Positions 24,947 to 37,039 of a stretch of 64,000 nucleotides of DNA are shown here, one piece after another (the first letter of the stretch is position 1; each line of letters starts with the position of its first letter). The stretch spans positions 96,968,001 to 97,032,000 of the forward strand of contig JAGIQG010000003.1 in the NCBI GenBank assembly GCA_024679065.1, read 5' to 3'. A program made the position numbers and the translations under genes. This DNA is from Sphyrna mokarran. Lineage: Eukaryota. The notes beneath the pieces were generated by a model that was not told where the DNA came from, did not search any database, and worked only from the letters and a program-made list of their open reading frames with translations.

Positions 24947-27150
24947 TAAGAACATAACATAAGAAAAAGGAGCAGGAGTAGGCCATCTAGCCCTTTGAGC
25001 CTGCCCTGCCATTCAACAAAATCATGGCTAATCTAAAGTGAATCTGTTCCACTTTCCTGCTTTCTCCCCATAACCCTTAATTCCCTTGTCTATCAGAAAT
25101 CTATCTATCCGTGACTTAAATATATTCAGTGAGGTAGCCTCCACCACTTCAATGGGTAGAGAATTCCAGAGACTCACCACCCTTTGAGTGAAGAAGTTCC
25201 TTCTCAACTTCGATCTAAACTGCCCCTTACCCCCCTTATTTTGAGGCTGTGTCCTGTAGTTCTGCTATCCTTTCTAAGCGGGAAGAATCTCTTTACCTCT
25301 ACCCTATGTAGCCCATTCATTATGTTGCAAGTCTCTATAAGATTCCCCCCCCCCCCCCCCCCCCCCCCCCCAGCCTTCTAAACTCTAAGAAGTACAGACC
25401 CCGTCTATTCAATCTCTCTTCATAAGATAATCCCTCATCTCTGGTATCAGCCTGGTGAACCTTCTCTGTACTCCCTCCAAGGCCAATATATCCTTTTGCA
25501 AATGCGGTGACTAAAACTCTAATTATTGCCTCACCAGTGCCCTGTACAGTTGCAGCAAGACCTTCCTGCTTTTACATTCTATCCCTCTCGCTATAAAGGC
25601 CAACATCCTATTGGCCGCCTTAGTCATCTGCTGCATTGCAGACTGGGTTTTTGCGATTGTTGCACAAAGACCACCAGATCCCTCTGCACTGTAGCATGCT
25701 GCAGCTTTTCGCCCTTTAAATAATAATCCCTCCTACTATTATTTCTACCAAAGTGGATAACCTCACATTTGCTAATGTTATACTCCATCTGCCACGTCCT
25801 TGTCCACTCATTCAGCCTATCCAAATCTCTCTGCAAACTTTCCGCATCTTCCACGCAATTTGCTTTTCCATTCATTTTCATGTCATTAGCAAATTTTGTT
25901 ATCCTACACTCAGCCCCCTCCTCCAGATTGTCTATGTAAATGGTAAACAGTTAAGGCTTCAGCACTGATCCCTGTGGCACTCCACTAGTCACCAACTGCA
26001 ACCAGAATAGCGTCCATTGATTCCAATTCTCTGCTTCCTGTTAGACAACCAATCCTCAATCCACGCTAACAACTTACCCTCAACTCTGTGCACCCTAATC
26101 TTTTGCAGCAACCTTTTGTGAGGCACCTTATCAAACGCCTTCTGCAAATCTAAAAACACCATATCCACTTGTTCCTCTCTGTCTACCACACTAGTCACAT
26201 CCTCACAGAAATCCAATAAATTTGGTAAACACGACTTCCCCTTCACGAATCCATGCTGCATCTGCTTGATCAAACCATTCTCTTTTAGGTGTCTTGCTGT
26301 TTCTTCCTTGATGACAGATTCTAGCATTTTTCCAATTATGGATGTTAAGCTAACTGGCCTACAATTCCCTGCTTTTTGTCTGCTATCTTTTTTAAACAGC
26401 GGCATAACATTAGCCATTTTCCAATCTTCCGGCAATTCCTCAGAGTCCAGCGAATTTTGATAAATAATTACTAAGGCTTCCACTATCACCTCTGCCATTT
26501 CTTTCAGAACCCTGGGATGCATTCCATCTGGTCCCGGAGAGTTGTCTACCTTCAGTTCCATTAGTCTATCAAGCACTACCTCTCTAGTGACAGTAATTGC
26601 ATTAAGGACCTCATCTCCTATCACCCTTCTATTTTTGATAATCGGCAAGTTATTTGTGTCCTTCTCCGTGAAGACCGACACAAAAAACTTATTTAAAGCC
26701 TCAGCTGTTTCCTCGTTACCCACCGCTAAATACCTCCTCTTGTCCTCCAAGGGTCCAACGTTCACTCTCGCTAACCTCCTTTATATATTTGTAAAAACTT
26801 TTACTATCATTTTTAGAGATAATTTAGCTTCATACTCTATCTTTCCTTTCTTTAATGCTTTCTTAGTCATGCTTTGTTGTTTTTTAAATCTTCTAATTGC
26901 CCATTATTTTTAGCTATTCTGAACGCATCAGCTTTTAATTTAATACTCTCCTTTATTTCCTTCGATAACCACGGCTGGTTGTCTCTTCTCTTAGTCTTTC
27001 TTTATCATCGTAATATATTTCTGCTGAGTACTGAAAAAGATCTCCTTAAAAATCCTCCACTGTTCCTCAGCTGTCCTACCAACTAATCTGCGCCCCCAAT
27101 CTACATTCGCCAATTCCATCCTCATCCTATCATACTCCCCTGTGTTCAAC
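24947..27150 (-). mobile_element. CR1 LINE, 5'-truncated, inserted in an older plus-strand CR1 (~24780-24945 and ~27155-27630)
   Basis: ORF 25989..26765 with SPGPDGMHPRVLKE, RPVSLTS and DLQKAFDKVPH; tail aagaacataacataagaa; host RT motifs resume at 27180 (DKRKAVDVIY). Confidence 0.93.
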
Positions 27151-30100
27151 CAGAGAACACAGGAATTATTGAATCTGTAGATAAAAGAAAGGCTGTGGAT
27201 GTAATATATGGGGGCTTTAAAAGGCATTTGATGTAGTGCCACCTAAGAAATGTTTTATGAAGATTAAGGTGCATATTAAAAGTATAGCAGCCTTTTAAAA
27301 AAAATTGAATAGAGATGGCTTAAGAATAGAAGGCAAATGGTTGGAGTGAAAGAATATTTCTTGAGTTGACAAAATGTAGCCTACAGTAGGCCTGGGTGTT
27401 AGTGTTCTGCATTCTCATTTTCCAATGTACAAAATTTAAAATTGGGCATGGGGGGGGTGAAATCTAATCACTTGTTAAAATTAAAGTTAGGGGATGTGCC
27501 AACTTGTGAGGAAGAATGTGAAAGTACAGAGAGGGTAGAGGGCTATGTAATAGAATGCACAACATATAGATTAATGAACTGGACCAATAGATAATAAATA
27601 CAATGCAGCTAAATATGAAATATAATATCTTGGAGTGCTATATTAATTGTGATTTTTACATGGGTGCCTTCCTGGGTTAATTAGCACAAGTCAATATGCG
27701 TTCCTTATGAAATGTGCCTTTATTTTCCTAATAACTCAATAAATCTAGCAAGCCCAGGGATCAGGCATGCACTTTTCATCAGTGTTTTCAGTTGACCAAA
27801 TATACTATGTAGTCTCAACTTTAGAAAGACAGAAGATTAAAAACCCAGACTGTGGCTTAGGCAATAAACTACTGGGCAGATTTATTAAACAGTAAACTGA
27901 TAAATGAATGGTATCAAATATAACAGTAGATTTACAGTAATTATGGGCAATACTATCCTCAGACCATTAGGAACAACAAAGACACTGTGCTAATACTCAA
28001 CATGAAATTGCCCCTTGTAAACCAGTTCCTTATGTGGCTGTTTGTTACCATGGAGTCTGTCGTCTCCCCTATTGCTGTTGTCTTTAGAATGATTGGTGAT
28101 CTGGGTGAAGCCTGCCAAATATAAATCTACAACCAACAGCTGCTGGCTACGGAGTTGCCTGTCAAATAGACTACAAATTAATACAGTCCTGTCCTCCTTA
28201 CAGATCTGACTCAGGCTGTCTGTGGAGTATCTCGCCAGAGGGAATTAAAACAATGTTTGTCCACACAGTTGCAGTAGAATTCAAAGACAACCAGCAGCTC
28301 CTGATTATAGAAGTGTCTGTCAAACAGACCACGAAAAAATCAGATTCCTAACTCTCTTGTAGACCTGATTTAAATTAAAGAATGATAGTTAAGTACATGG
28401 TTGTCATGATATCTTAATTCTGTGACAGTCTGCTATAACTTGCATTTAAGCCACTAGAAACAAACAATACAGTGAAAAGAGTACTCTTTGACAACAAGGA
28501 GTTGTCAAACTCCTACCTACCTTCACTACCTTCACCCCCCCTACCTTCACATATGCACTGCATGCATACAACGAAAGTCATGCTGCCATACACAGTACTA
28601 TAGAGTAATCCATTGACATGCTGCAGCATCCATTTGGCCACAATGCATAAACACAAAATAAACATTCCAAATATAATTTATAAATGAATCATGCAAAATT
28701 GCTTACAAAGATGTCATCCTCTCTTAATGTCTGTCTTCTGTGTACCTTTGCCTGTCCTGGTGTTACTACACTGAGCAATCCCAGTGGCTGCAGCACGGCT
28801 GGTGGAAGGCTACTAATTATCAGTGGGGTGAGACTGCAGTTAACTTTATAGAATGTCGAGCAGCTCAAGCCTTAGAACGCACAGTGGACTGTCCCAACTC
28901 AGCAAGGGTTGACTGAGGAAAAGCAACAGAGGCACTGGCAGAGTGGCAGATGTTTAAGATGTTTCATCCTGAGGGTGAAGCTGTTGCCACTTCACTGGAC
29001 AACAATCCTAGCTCTGAAGAAGAGTCATCCTTACTCGAAATGTTAACTTTATTTTTTCTTGCCACAGCTGGTGCCAGACCTATTGGGGAAGTTTTTCCGT
29101 TTCACCTGCTGCGGGAATTGGAGAGGCAAGGAGTGGACTATGGAATTTGAGTACAATTTTCTGGTTTTGGGGCGAGCATAGCTGGAAAATCCCGTCCATT
29201 TTGTTTTTTTCTCCGCATTTTTTTTTGTTTTTATGTCAGATTCCAGCATCTGAAAAAGTATTTTGTTTTGATATTAATCCTAATGAACTGTTAGAGGACA
29301 ATTTTTTGGATTGCCCTGAGACCCTGTAAGCCCCATTTGAACATTTGCTTCTGCAGTTATGATGGCAACATTCTGAACTTGCATGATAGGAACCTGAGTT
29401 TCCATTTGTTATGGTATGTGGTTATGATATTATTCGAGGGTTACATTTTGTAAACCTTGCACTAAGTTTAAAGATAGTCTAAAATGGATTCTGAGAGTCT
29501 CTTGACTTTCTCCTTATGGATTTGGGCTGGAACCCCTTCAGTTACACAGAGGAGACATTCTTGGACAAGTACATTTAAAATTGAAAAGAATGTTCCAAAA
29601 GAGCAAACAAACTTGATGGCTTTCCTCCAAATACAGAGATATTGACTGATAAATCATTATCAGCAACCTTGCCTTTTTGATCACTCTAGGAGATGAGGAG
29701 ATTTTGGCTAACTAATGGAATTACCACTTGCCTTACATAAAAAATGACTTGATATTCTTGTATAGGTCTCACAATAATGCTGGTTACCTACAAAAAATGT
29801 GAAAAGGACAGAAAAAAGAGAGATTCAGAGAGAGCCATTTTGAAAAACTTCAATCCAGGCAGAGATACAGAAAGACATTGAGAAACAGCTATAAGTAACT
29901 AATTTGAAAGTGCAATGTCACAGAACTAGAAGAAAGGACTCTCCAGTCCTCTCTGTAAACCCTGATTTCATCTACTAAATTTATCTGTTAAAACAATCTT
30001 CAGCAATTTGACATTGGAAGCTATCATAACTGCAGAGGCAACTCCACAACCTCAAGGTCTTCATTCACACAATGCAGCACCTTAGTTTCAAAACATATCA

Positions 30101-30624
30101 GACCAATGGCAAATATAAACTAATCCTTGGTTTACATCCAAGTATAATATATTCATTTAACTGTTATTTGTAGCCAATCTTTGTGTACTTGTGTTAGTAA
30201 CTATCTTTTCTTAGCTAACTTCCAGAATGAAATAAACTAATCTTTTTGAAATAAAAAAGTTTTGCTGTTGGATTATTGTTAATTGAATTTCTCACACGAC
30301 TGGGCCCATCTTTCTCTGGTTCACTGCTTTTTCTGTTGGCAGCTTATACTTGGTGTCTCAGCATGTGCAGCCTCCACCTCTAAGTTTTACACATAATGTA
30401 AGCATTCTAAAATCAAGTGCTCTCTTGCTCTTCCACCACTGCCTGGCCAGGTGGCATTTCTTGGGCATCTTAAAGAAGAATGACACAGAGGTAAGTATCT
30501 GATGAAAGGGTAGGATTCAGAGGAGAGACATAGAAGCAACAGGTACATGCTTATGCCACCTGAAAAAATCAGAAGAGATTGTTAAAAAGATACAAATGTC
30601 TGAGATCATGTATCAGTTGACTAA

Positions 30625-30809
30625 AGAATAGCTCCTTCCCTGCCGTATATTAAACTGATTTGCTGCGACTGTAGTACTATATTCTGTACCCTCTCCTTTC
30701 CTGGTCCCCTATGTACTCTATGAATGGTGTGCTTTGTATTGTGCACAAAAAAACAATACTTTTCACTATATTCCAGTACATGTGACAATAATAATTCAGA
30801 TCAAATCAG
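30625..30809 (+). mobile_element. Rex1/Babar-like LINE 3' end
   Basis: caatacttttcactatattccagtacatgtgacaataataa followed by a tcaaatca-type tail. Confidence 0.5.
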
Positions 30810-30816
30810 AAATGGT

Positions 30817-32075
30817 GGGCCCTGAATTTGCTGGTATGGCCGCCTGAGGCTCTTAAGATCATGCCTCAGGCCAATGGGGAATGTTGTTCTGTGAGCCTCA
30901 CTCGCCTCAGTAAAATCACGAGGTGTGAGAAGTAAGAATATCTTTGATCTTGCTATTATCTTCCATGGGTTCAGCCCCTCCAGTGGCTATAGCCTCCGGG
31001 GAAGGAAGGACATGCAGCTGTGCCTGTTACCTGCTGGTTAGGTCCTGCTGTCTCTGGTTGTGCTCCATCTTGTCCTTCAGACACACAGAAATGTGTCAGT
31101 GACTGTAGTGCAATATGTATGGAAGATATGACTGTTATGGTTGAATGCTGGCTTTGTGTGCAAGCTGTGAGATGTGGTTATAAGATTTGTGAGGGTGACA
31201 TGCTATAAAGCTACTTGGGGATGCTGAGTGATAGAGATTGTTGGTGAGTGAGTGATGAAGTGAGCAGAGTGAGGTGCTGCTGGGTGATATTAAGGATGTG
31301 GTTTTTGAAGATCAATTGTCTGACTTTGACACGTGAATGGTTTGCAGGTCAGCATCCAGTTCTTTGGGGCGAGATTCACTACATTTGCTCAGGTTTCCAA
31401 GGGACAGTGGCATTCCTGGCACCCTATGGATGAATCACACCTCTTCTCTTGCACAAAGGCCTCCAGTGAAATATTTTGGAGCCTGATCCTTATTGTGCCA
31501 TTATTGAGTGCTCCTCATGTCAAAATAACTTCTAGAAAATCCTTCATTTAATCCAGTTGAATGCATCTCCCCTTTAAGAGGTGGAAGCTAACTTGCAGGA
31601 TTGCAAGTTAACCTAAACTTGTGCCAGTGTCTCATGATTCTGTTCCCCTGTTCATAGAATACCTACAGTGCAGAAGGAGGCGATTTGGCCCATTGAGTCT
31701 GTACTGATCACAATCCCACCCAGGCCCTATTCCCATATATTTAATCCCCCTGACATTGGCCATGCTAAATTGACCTCAATCAATTAACCCACATATCTTT
31801 GGACTGTGGGAGGAAGCCGGCACACCTGGAGAAGACGCGCACAGACACAGAGAAAATGCAAACTCTACACAGACAGTGACCTGAGGCTGGTTGTTGAGAG
31901 GCAACAGTGTTAACCACTGTGCTGCCCTCAAATGGCATGCTTAGAATTGACTGCAGTTGTATGAAGAAGTTTGTGTGCTGCCAGCATAGGAAGCAGCAGG
32001 CATAGGGTCATTCTGTATTGTGATTGTTTAATCCATTTCAGGCCCTAACCAAACGGCCCTAACCAAACTTGGCCC
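30817..32075 (-). mobile_element. Degenerate Harbinger/PIF-like element with Myb/SANT exon remnant
   Basis: Ends gggccctgaatttg / caaacttggccc; minus strand ~31500-31320 gives frameshifted APK..SLEAFVQE...PKNWM..CKPF..RVK followed by gtcag. Confidence 0.5.
31653..31927 (-). mobile_element. HE1-type SINE
   Basis: catagaa tail, V-domain ggactgtgggagg, and head remnant. Confidence 0.8.
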
Positions 32076-32698
32076 TAATGATTTTGAAGTGACCTTTTGC
32101 ATAGATGACTGTAAAATCTATTGTTTGCTGTTTGATGGAGCAGTTATCAATACCTAACAATTAAAATATAAAATGCGTAAATCTTTTACTGTTAGAAATG
32201 TGACCAATATCTAAACAACAAATTCAGTCAGTCTTGCATTGTTAAGAGATGTCATCCTTTCAATGAGATGTTAAATCAACACCCGATCTGCCTTCTCAGG
32301 GTATTAAAATTTCAGGTGTTATATTTTCTTGGCATTTGCTCTTTCTCATTGCGAAGTAGAAATGTCAGTGATACCATTCTGAAAGAACAATTGACAGCAT
32401 AACATCGGTAATGATCCGGGAGTAGATAGTCTACTTAATCAGAGACTGATTTATGATATAGGGAAACCTAAAAGAGAATTACTGTGAACAGTGTTACATT
32501 TGAGAATCCTAAAATCTTATGTTGCTAACTGGACAGAGATCAATTGAAGATGCTTCAAAAAACAGACATTTTGAAGAATCGTTGGTGCTGACAATCTGAA
32601 CATGTCCCTTTCATCACTTGGATGTGAATACACATTCCAGCTTTTTCAGCAAGATGAAGGCCTCCTTGCTCTGTTTGTAAAACTGGTCCTGGGATTTG

Positions 32699-33000
32699 AA
32701 ATCATAGAATCGTGCAGTGCAAAAGGAGGCCATTTGGCCCTTTGAGCTTGCACCAATCATAATCCCACCCAGACCTTATCCCCATAACCCTATGTAGTCC
32801 CCCTGACACTAAAGACAATTTAGCATGGTCAATCCATGTGATCTGCATATCGTTTTACTGTGAGGGGAAACCAGAGCACTGGAAGGAAACCCACACAAAC
32901 ACGGGGAGAACATGCAAATTCCACACAGACAGCGACCCAAGCCGAGAATCAAATCTGGGTTCCTGGCACCGTGAGGCAGCAGTGCTAACCACTGTGCCAA
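32699..33000 (-). mobile_element. HE1-type SINE
   Basis: Complete tail, V-domain and tRNA head in reverse. Confidence 0.88.
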
Positions 33001-33002
33001 CC

Positions 33003-33480
33003 ATAAAAACAGCAAATGCTGGAAATACTCAGCAGGTCAGATAGCACCTGTGGAGAGAAACAGAGTTAATGTTTTTGGTCATATGACCGTATATCAGAAC
33101 TGAGTAAAGTGAAATGTAATAGGGTTTGAGCAGTTGAAAAGGGATGGGTGAGGAAGAATAAAAAGGAAAGTCAGATAATAGGGTGAATGGCAAGAGAGAT
33201 TAAATGACAAAGGGTTTCATGGCACAAAAACCAATGAGAGTGGTTATGGGTATCTTAAAAAAAACAGAAGAGTGTACAGATGAGTTACCTTGCAGCTGTC
33301 TGAATGAAGAAACAAGACAAAACTTTAATCAGCAAAAAAAGCAAATGGTGGCACAGGTTATGAACTAAAATTGTTGAACTCAATGTTGAGTTCTGATAAC
33401 TGGTCAGTGCTGCATTGAAAAGCACACTTACGATGAGCTTCATTGAAACTGTGATTTGAGTTGGTTCATAGCGTTTACAA
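33003..33480 (-). mobile_element. Penelope-like terminal region
   Basis: aaaacagcaaatgctggaaatactcagcagg...gagagaaacagagttaa; reverse of 34850-35750. Confidence 0.7.
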
Positions 33481-33943
33481 CGTTGAACCAGGTTATTAAA
33501 TCTAACCATCCGTATTGATGTATGATGACCTTTGCACTTTGGTGGAAAGGCCTGTATTTCCATTTTACAAGATGTTACTTTAAGTCCAAAGTAAAACTAT
33601 GATAATTTTGTAATTTACATTGGATTCCTGGCTATGAGATCATTAGGTTCAGAGATATTCTAACTGATGTTGCTATGGAGATGAAGGTTAATTGGGTGGG
33701 TGTGGGGGGGGGGGTGGTTAGTGTCATGTTCCAGTCTGTTCTGTGGAAGCTGAACTGAGCAGATAGTTTTTACTTCCCCAAAATTTGTGGGGAAGTAAGC
33801 AAAAGTCTCTAATAAATCAGTTTTCTGTTTGTCACTAAGAAGAAAGGACATCTCCAAACATTCTTGGTGATGTCTACTCGATTCACAGCTCACAATGTGG
33901 TCTCCTCTATATCAGGGAGACCAAATATAGATTGATGACTATT

Positions 33944-34676
33944 AAGTTACAGATGGGAAGCCCTAAATAATATTATGAAACCTGATCAGATTCCAACAGT
34001 TATACTATTGTGGCAGTCGTGTGAGGGTTAGATATTTCACTCCAGCACTGAAACACAAGGAAGTCTTTATCAAAACAAACCTTATTTTAACAATACAGTT
34101 CAACTATAATGAATGAATTAGCTCAGCATTTACCAATTGAAATTCTTAAACATGACAAGATGCAATTCTTAATTACAGGTACATTTCTATTCTAATTTAA
34201 GCAATAATCCTTTTACAGACTTAAACTCCTCTTCAAGATGAGTTAGCAACACGCAGATTTGCATGTTTTACTTGAGCTGTCAGTCCTTGAGCCTCAAGAA
34301 CATCCCTGGATACTGACAGAGAGATTAATTTCTTCTGGAAAATCCCAAACAGCAGCTTCCAGAAGAGGGGGAGAGAGAGACAGAGGGGAGATATCTTTTG
34401 CTTCTTTCAGAACACAACAGTAACTGCTACTGCCCCTGTAAAGATACCTCCTCTCAAATACATGACTTGTCAATCAACCTATTCAAAACTCTACTCTGAA
34501 ACCACAGGAAAAAAAACATAAAAATGTATAATCTCAGATTACAATAAATATACTCCTAGCTAAAATCAATCAATAGCTGCCTGTTCTGCAGATAAATTGG
34601 CACCCTGTAAAACAGAGCTGAATTTTAAACACGACCATGATATAAATACATTTCTGAAAGACACAGTATTATCGCA
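33944..34676. mobile_element. Solo-LTR-like insertion
   Basis: Interrupts the GIY-YIG remnant; flanked by direct ATGACTATT (33935-33943, 34677-34685); ends in ...CA. Confidence 0.5.
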
Positions 34677-35118
34677 ATGACTATTATGCAGAATCCCTCC
34701 ATTCAGAATGCAACCATAACCCTGAGTTTCTGGTGAATTTAATTCTCCATCTTGCTCTCATGCTAAATTCTCTGTCCTTGGCCTGCTGCACTCTTCCAGT
34801 GAAGAGCTTTGGGAATGGCACTTTGTCTTTCAATTAAGCATTTTACAGCCTTCCAGGTTCAACATTGAATTCAGCAACTGTAAACCATAATCTCTACATC
34901 ATTGTTTTTGGTTGTTTCAGTTTTTCTTTTTACTTTGCTTTCTATCTGCAGCACACCTGCTCGGTTCTTCCTTTCTTGCCCTATCACCATTTCTCACCAA
35001 GACTAACTCACCTGTCATTCAATCTTTCCTGTTTACCACCCTGTCAGATTCCTTCCTTTTGTCCTTTTTCCCATCCATCCCTTGCTCAAAACCTATTAAG
35101 TTTCAAAGTCTTTTACTT

Positions 35119-35150
35119 CTGACGAAAGGTCAAAGACCTGAAATGTTAAC
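35119..35150 (+). ncRNA. Minimal type I hammerhead ribozyme core (probably decayed)
   Basis: CTGACGA-A-[AGGTC-aaa-GACCT]-GAAA-TGTTA within a Penelope terminal repeat. Confidence 0.6.
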
Positions 35151-35169
35151 CATGTTTTTTTTCCCTTGG

Positions 35170-35657
35170 AAAAGCTCCAGAGGAGGTTCACAAGAATGGT
35201 CCCTGGAATGAAGAGCTTGTCATATGAGGAACAGACTCTGGGTCTGTACTCGTTGGAGTTTAGAAGGATGGGGGAGTGGGGGTGGAATCTTATTGAAACT
35301 TATAGGATACTGTGAGGCCTAGATAGAGGGGACGTGGAGAGGATGTTTCCACTAGTAGGAAGAACTAGAACCAGAGGGCACAACCTCAGACTAAAGGGAC
35401 AATCCTTTAAAACTGTGTTGAAGAGGAATTTCTTCAGCCAGAGGGTGGTGAATCTGTGGAACTCTTTACCACAGAAGGCTGTGGAGGCCATGTCATTGTG
35501 TCTTTAAGATAGAGATAGATAGGGTCTTGATAAGGGGATCAGAGTTTATGGGGGGAAAGGCAGGAAAATGGAGATGAGAAAAATATCAGCCATGATTGAA
35601 TGGAGGAGCAGACTCAACGGGCCGAGTAGTCTAATTCTGCACCTATATCTTATGGTA
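35170..35657 (+). mobile_element. CR1 3' end
   Basis: QRRFTRMVPGMK, RTRGHNLRLKG, RNFFSQRVVNLWNSLP; tail cttatgg. Confidence 0.9.
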
Positions 35658-35825
35658 TCTCCCTAGATGCTGCATGACCAGCTGAGTATTTCCAATGTTT
35701 TCTGGGTTTGTTTTTTAGATTTCCATCATGCATGATGCTCTGCTTTTCAACAAAAATCATAGAAATTTGGAATAAAAGTGTTACCCTGTTTGAAGTCAGC
35801 TAAAATTGATTTTAGTTTGATAAGT

Positions 35826-36104
35826 CACACTCGACTGCTGCCTCAGCATTAGGGATCTGGGGTCGATTCCTGGCTTGAGTCACTGTTTGCAGAGTCTGCA
35901 CATTCTCTGTGTCAGCATGGGTTTCACCTGGGTGCTGCAGTTTCCTCCCACAATCCAAAAGATGTGCTGCTTAGGTGCATTGTTCATGCTAAATTCTCCC
36001 TCAGTGTAGCCAAACAGGAGCCAGAGTATGACGATTAGGGAATTTTCATAGTAACTTCATTATGTTAACGTAAGTCTATTTGTGATACTAATAAAAAAAA
36101 ACTT
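35826..36104 (+). mobile_element. V-SINE, alternative tail
   Basis: B-box gggtcgattcc, V-domain, tail ttcatagtaacttcatt...taataaaaaaaaactt. Confidence 0.85.
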
Positions 36105-36639
36105 GAAACAATATCTAATCTAATTTTAAATTTGTTTAATATTCAAAATTTAAGTTGGATTGGTCCAAAATATAATATAGTGTATCAGTTTATTGACTTG
36201 CTGAGAAACAATGTCAGCTAAATGCTCCTACTTTTAGTATACACTATTCACCTTCCTGTACATTAGTTAAACACAAAATAATGCAGGAGCTTGGACAGTT
36301 TGGTGCAGAAATTACCAATTTATCTTAATTTGCATTCTAAGCTAATACCTTTTTTATGTTTTGAAAGGGGTGTATGTAAAGCTGGAAATTTTCCAGAGTG
36401 GTGGAACATATCAGTATTCTCAGTATTGCCATAATTATATCAGCACCTCAAATTCATTACTCAAAGACAATATAATGATTTTGCAAACAATCAGCCCAGA
36501 TCAATTTTCTTGCACTGCGAAAGAGAAGTATATGAGAACCTCATGCGGTTTTCATGTTTGCATTGAACTTAATACCTCTTAGAACTGATTTTTCTGCCTT
36601 ATCCTTACATATTCCTTACTTGATCACCAAGGATCATCT

Positions 36640-36735
36640 TAAATCCTTGAGCAGTCACCCAGTATCTTTTTAAATCCTTAAGTAGTCAACCAGTATCTTT
36701 TTAAATCCAAACTAGTCATCCAATATCTTTTTGAA
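36640..36735 (+). repeat. 31-bp tandem repeat, ~3 copies
   Basis: taaatccttgagcagtcacccagtatctttt repeated at 36640, 36671 and 36702. Confidence 0.85.
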
Positions 36736-37039
36736 TACTGCAATTAATCTAGCAACAATCACTACTTCAAACATGATGCATTACAAGAAAAGCTGTTTCT
36801 AATTTCATTTATGTATCTCGAAATCTTGAAACCATGACCTATTGTCTAATATTGCCTATTGATTTATCTAGCAACAGAGGTTACCTACTTTGAACGTATT
36901 TATTGTTTCTAATATTTTGATAATGTTTATTGCTTTTATCAAATCTACCCTTAATTTAAGACAATATAACCCAAGCTGCTTTATCCATTGCTAAGCAATT
37001 TCACCTGTAGTTTGAAGACATGCTGTGCACCTAGCCAAG

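Larger units (their letters stand above)
33870..35750 (+). mobile_element. Penelope-like element 3' part (GIY-YIG endonuclease remnant plus terminal repeat), interrupted twice
   Basis: 33872 onward reads VYSIHSSQCGLLYIRETKYRL (VY.I.C..CGLLYIGET); resumes at 34686; terminal repeat split by a CR1 at 35170-35657. Confidence 0.8.
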
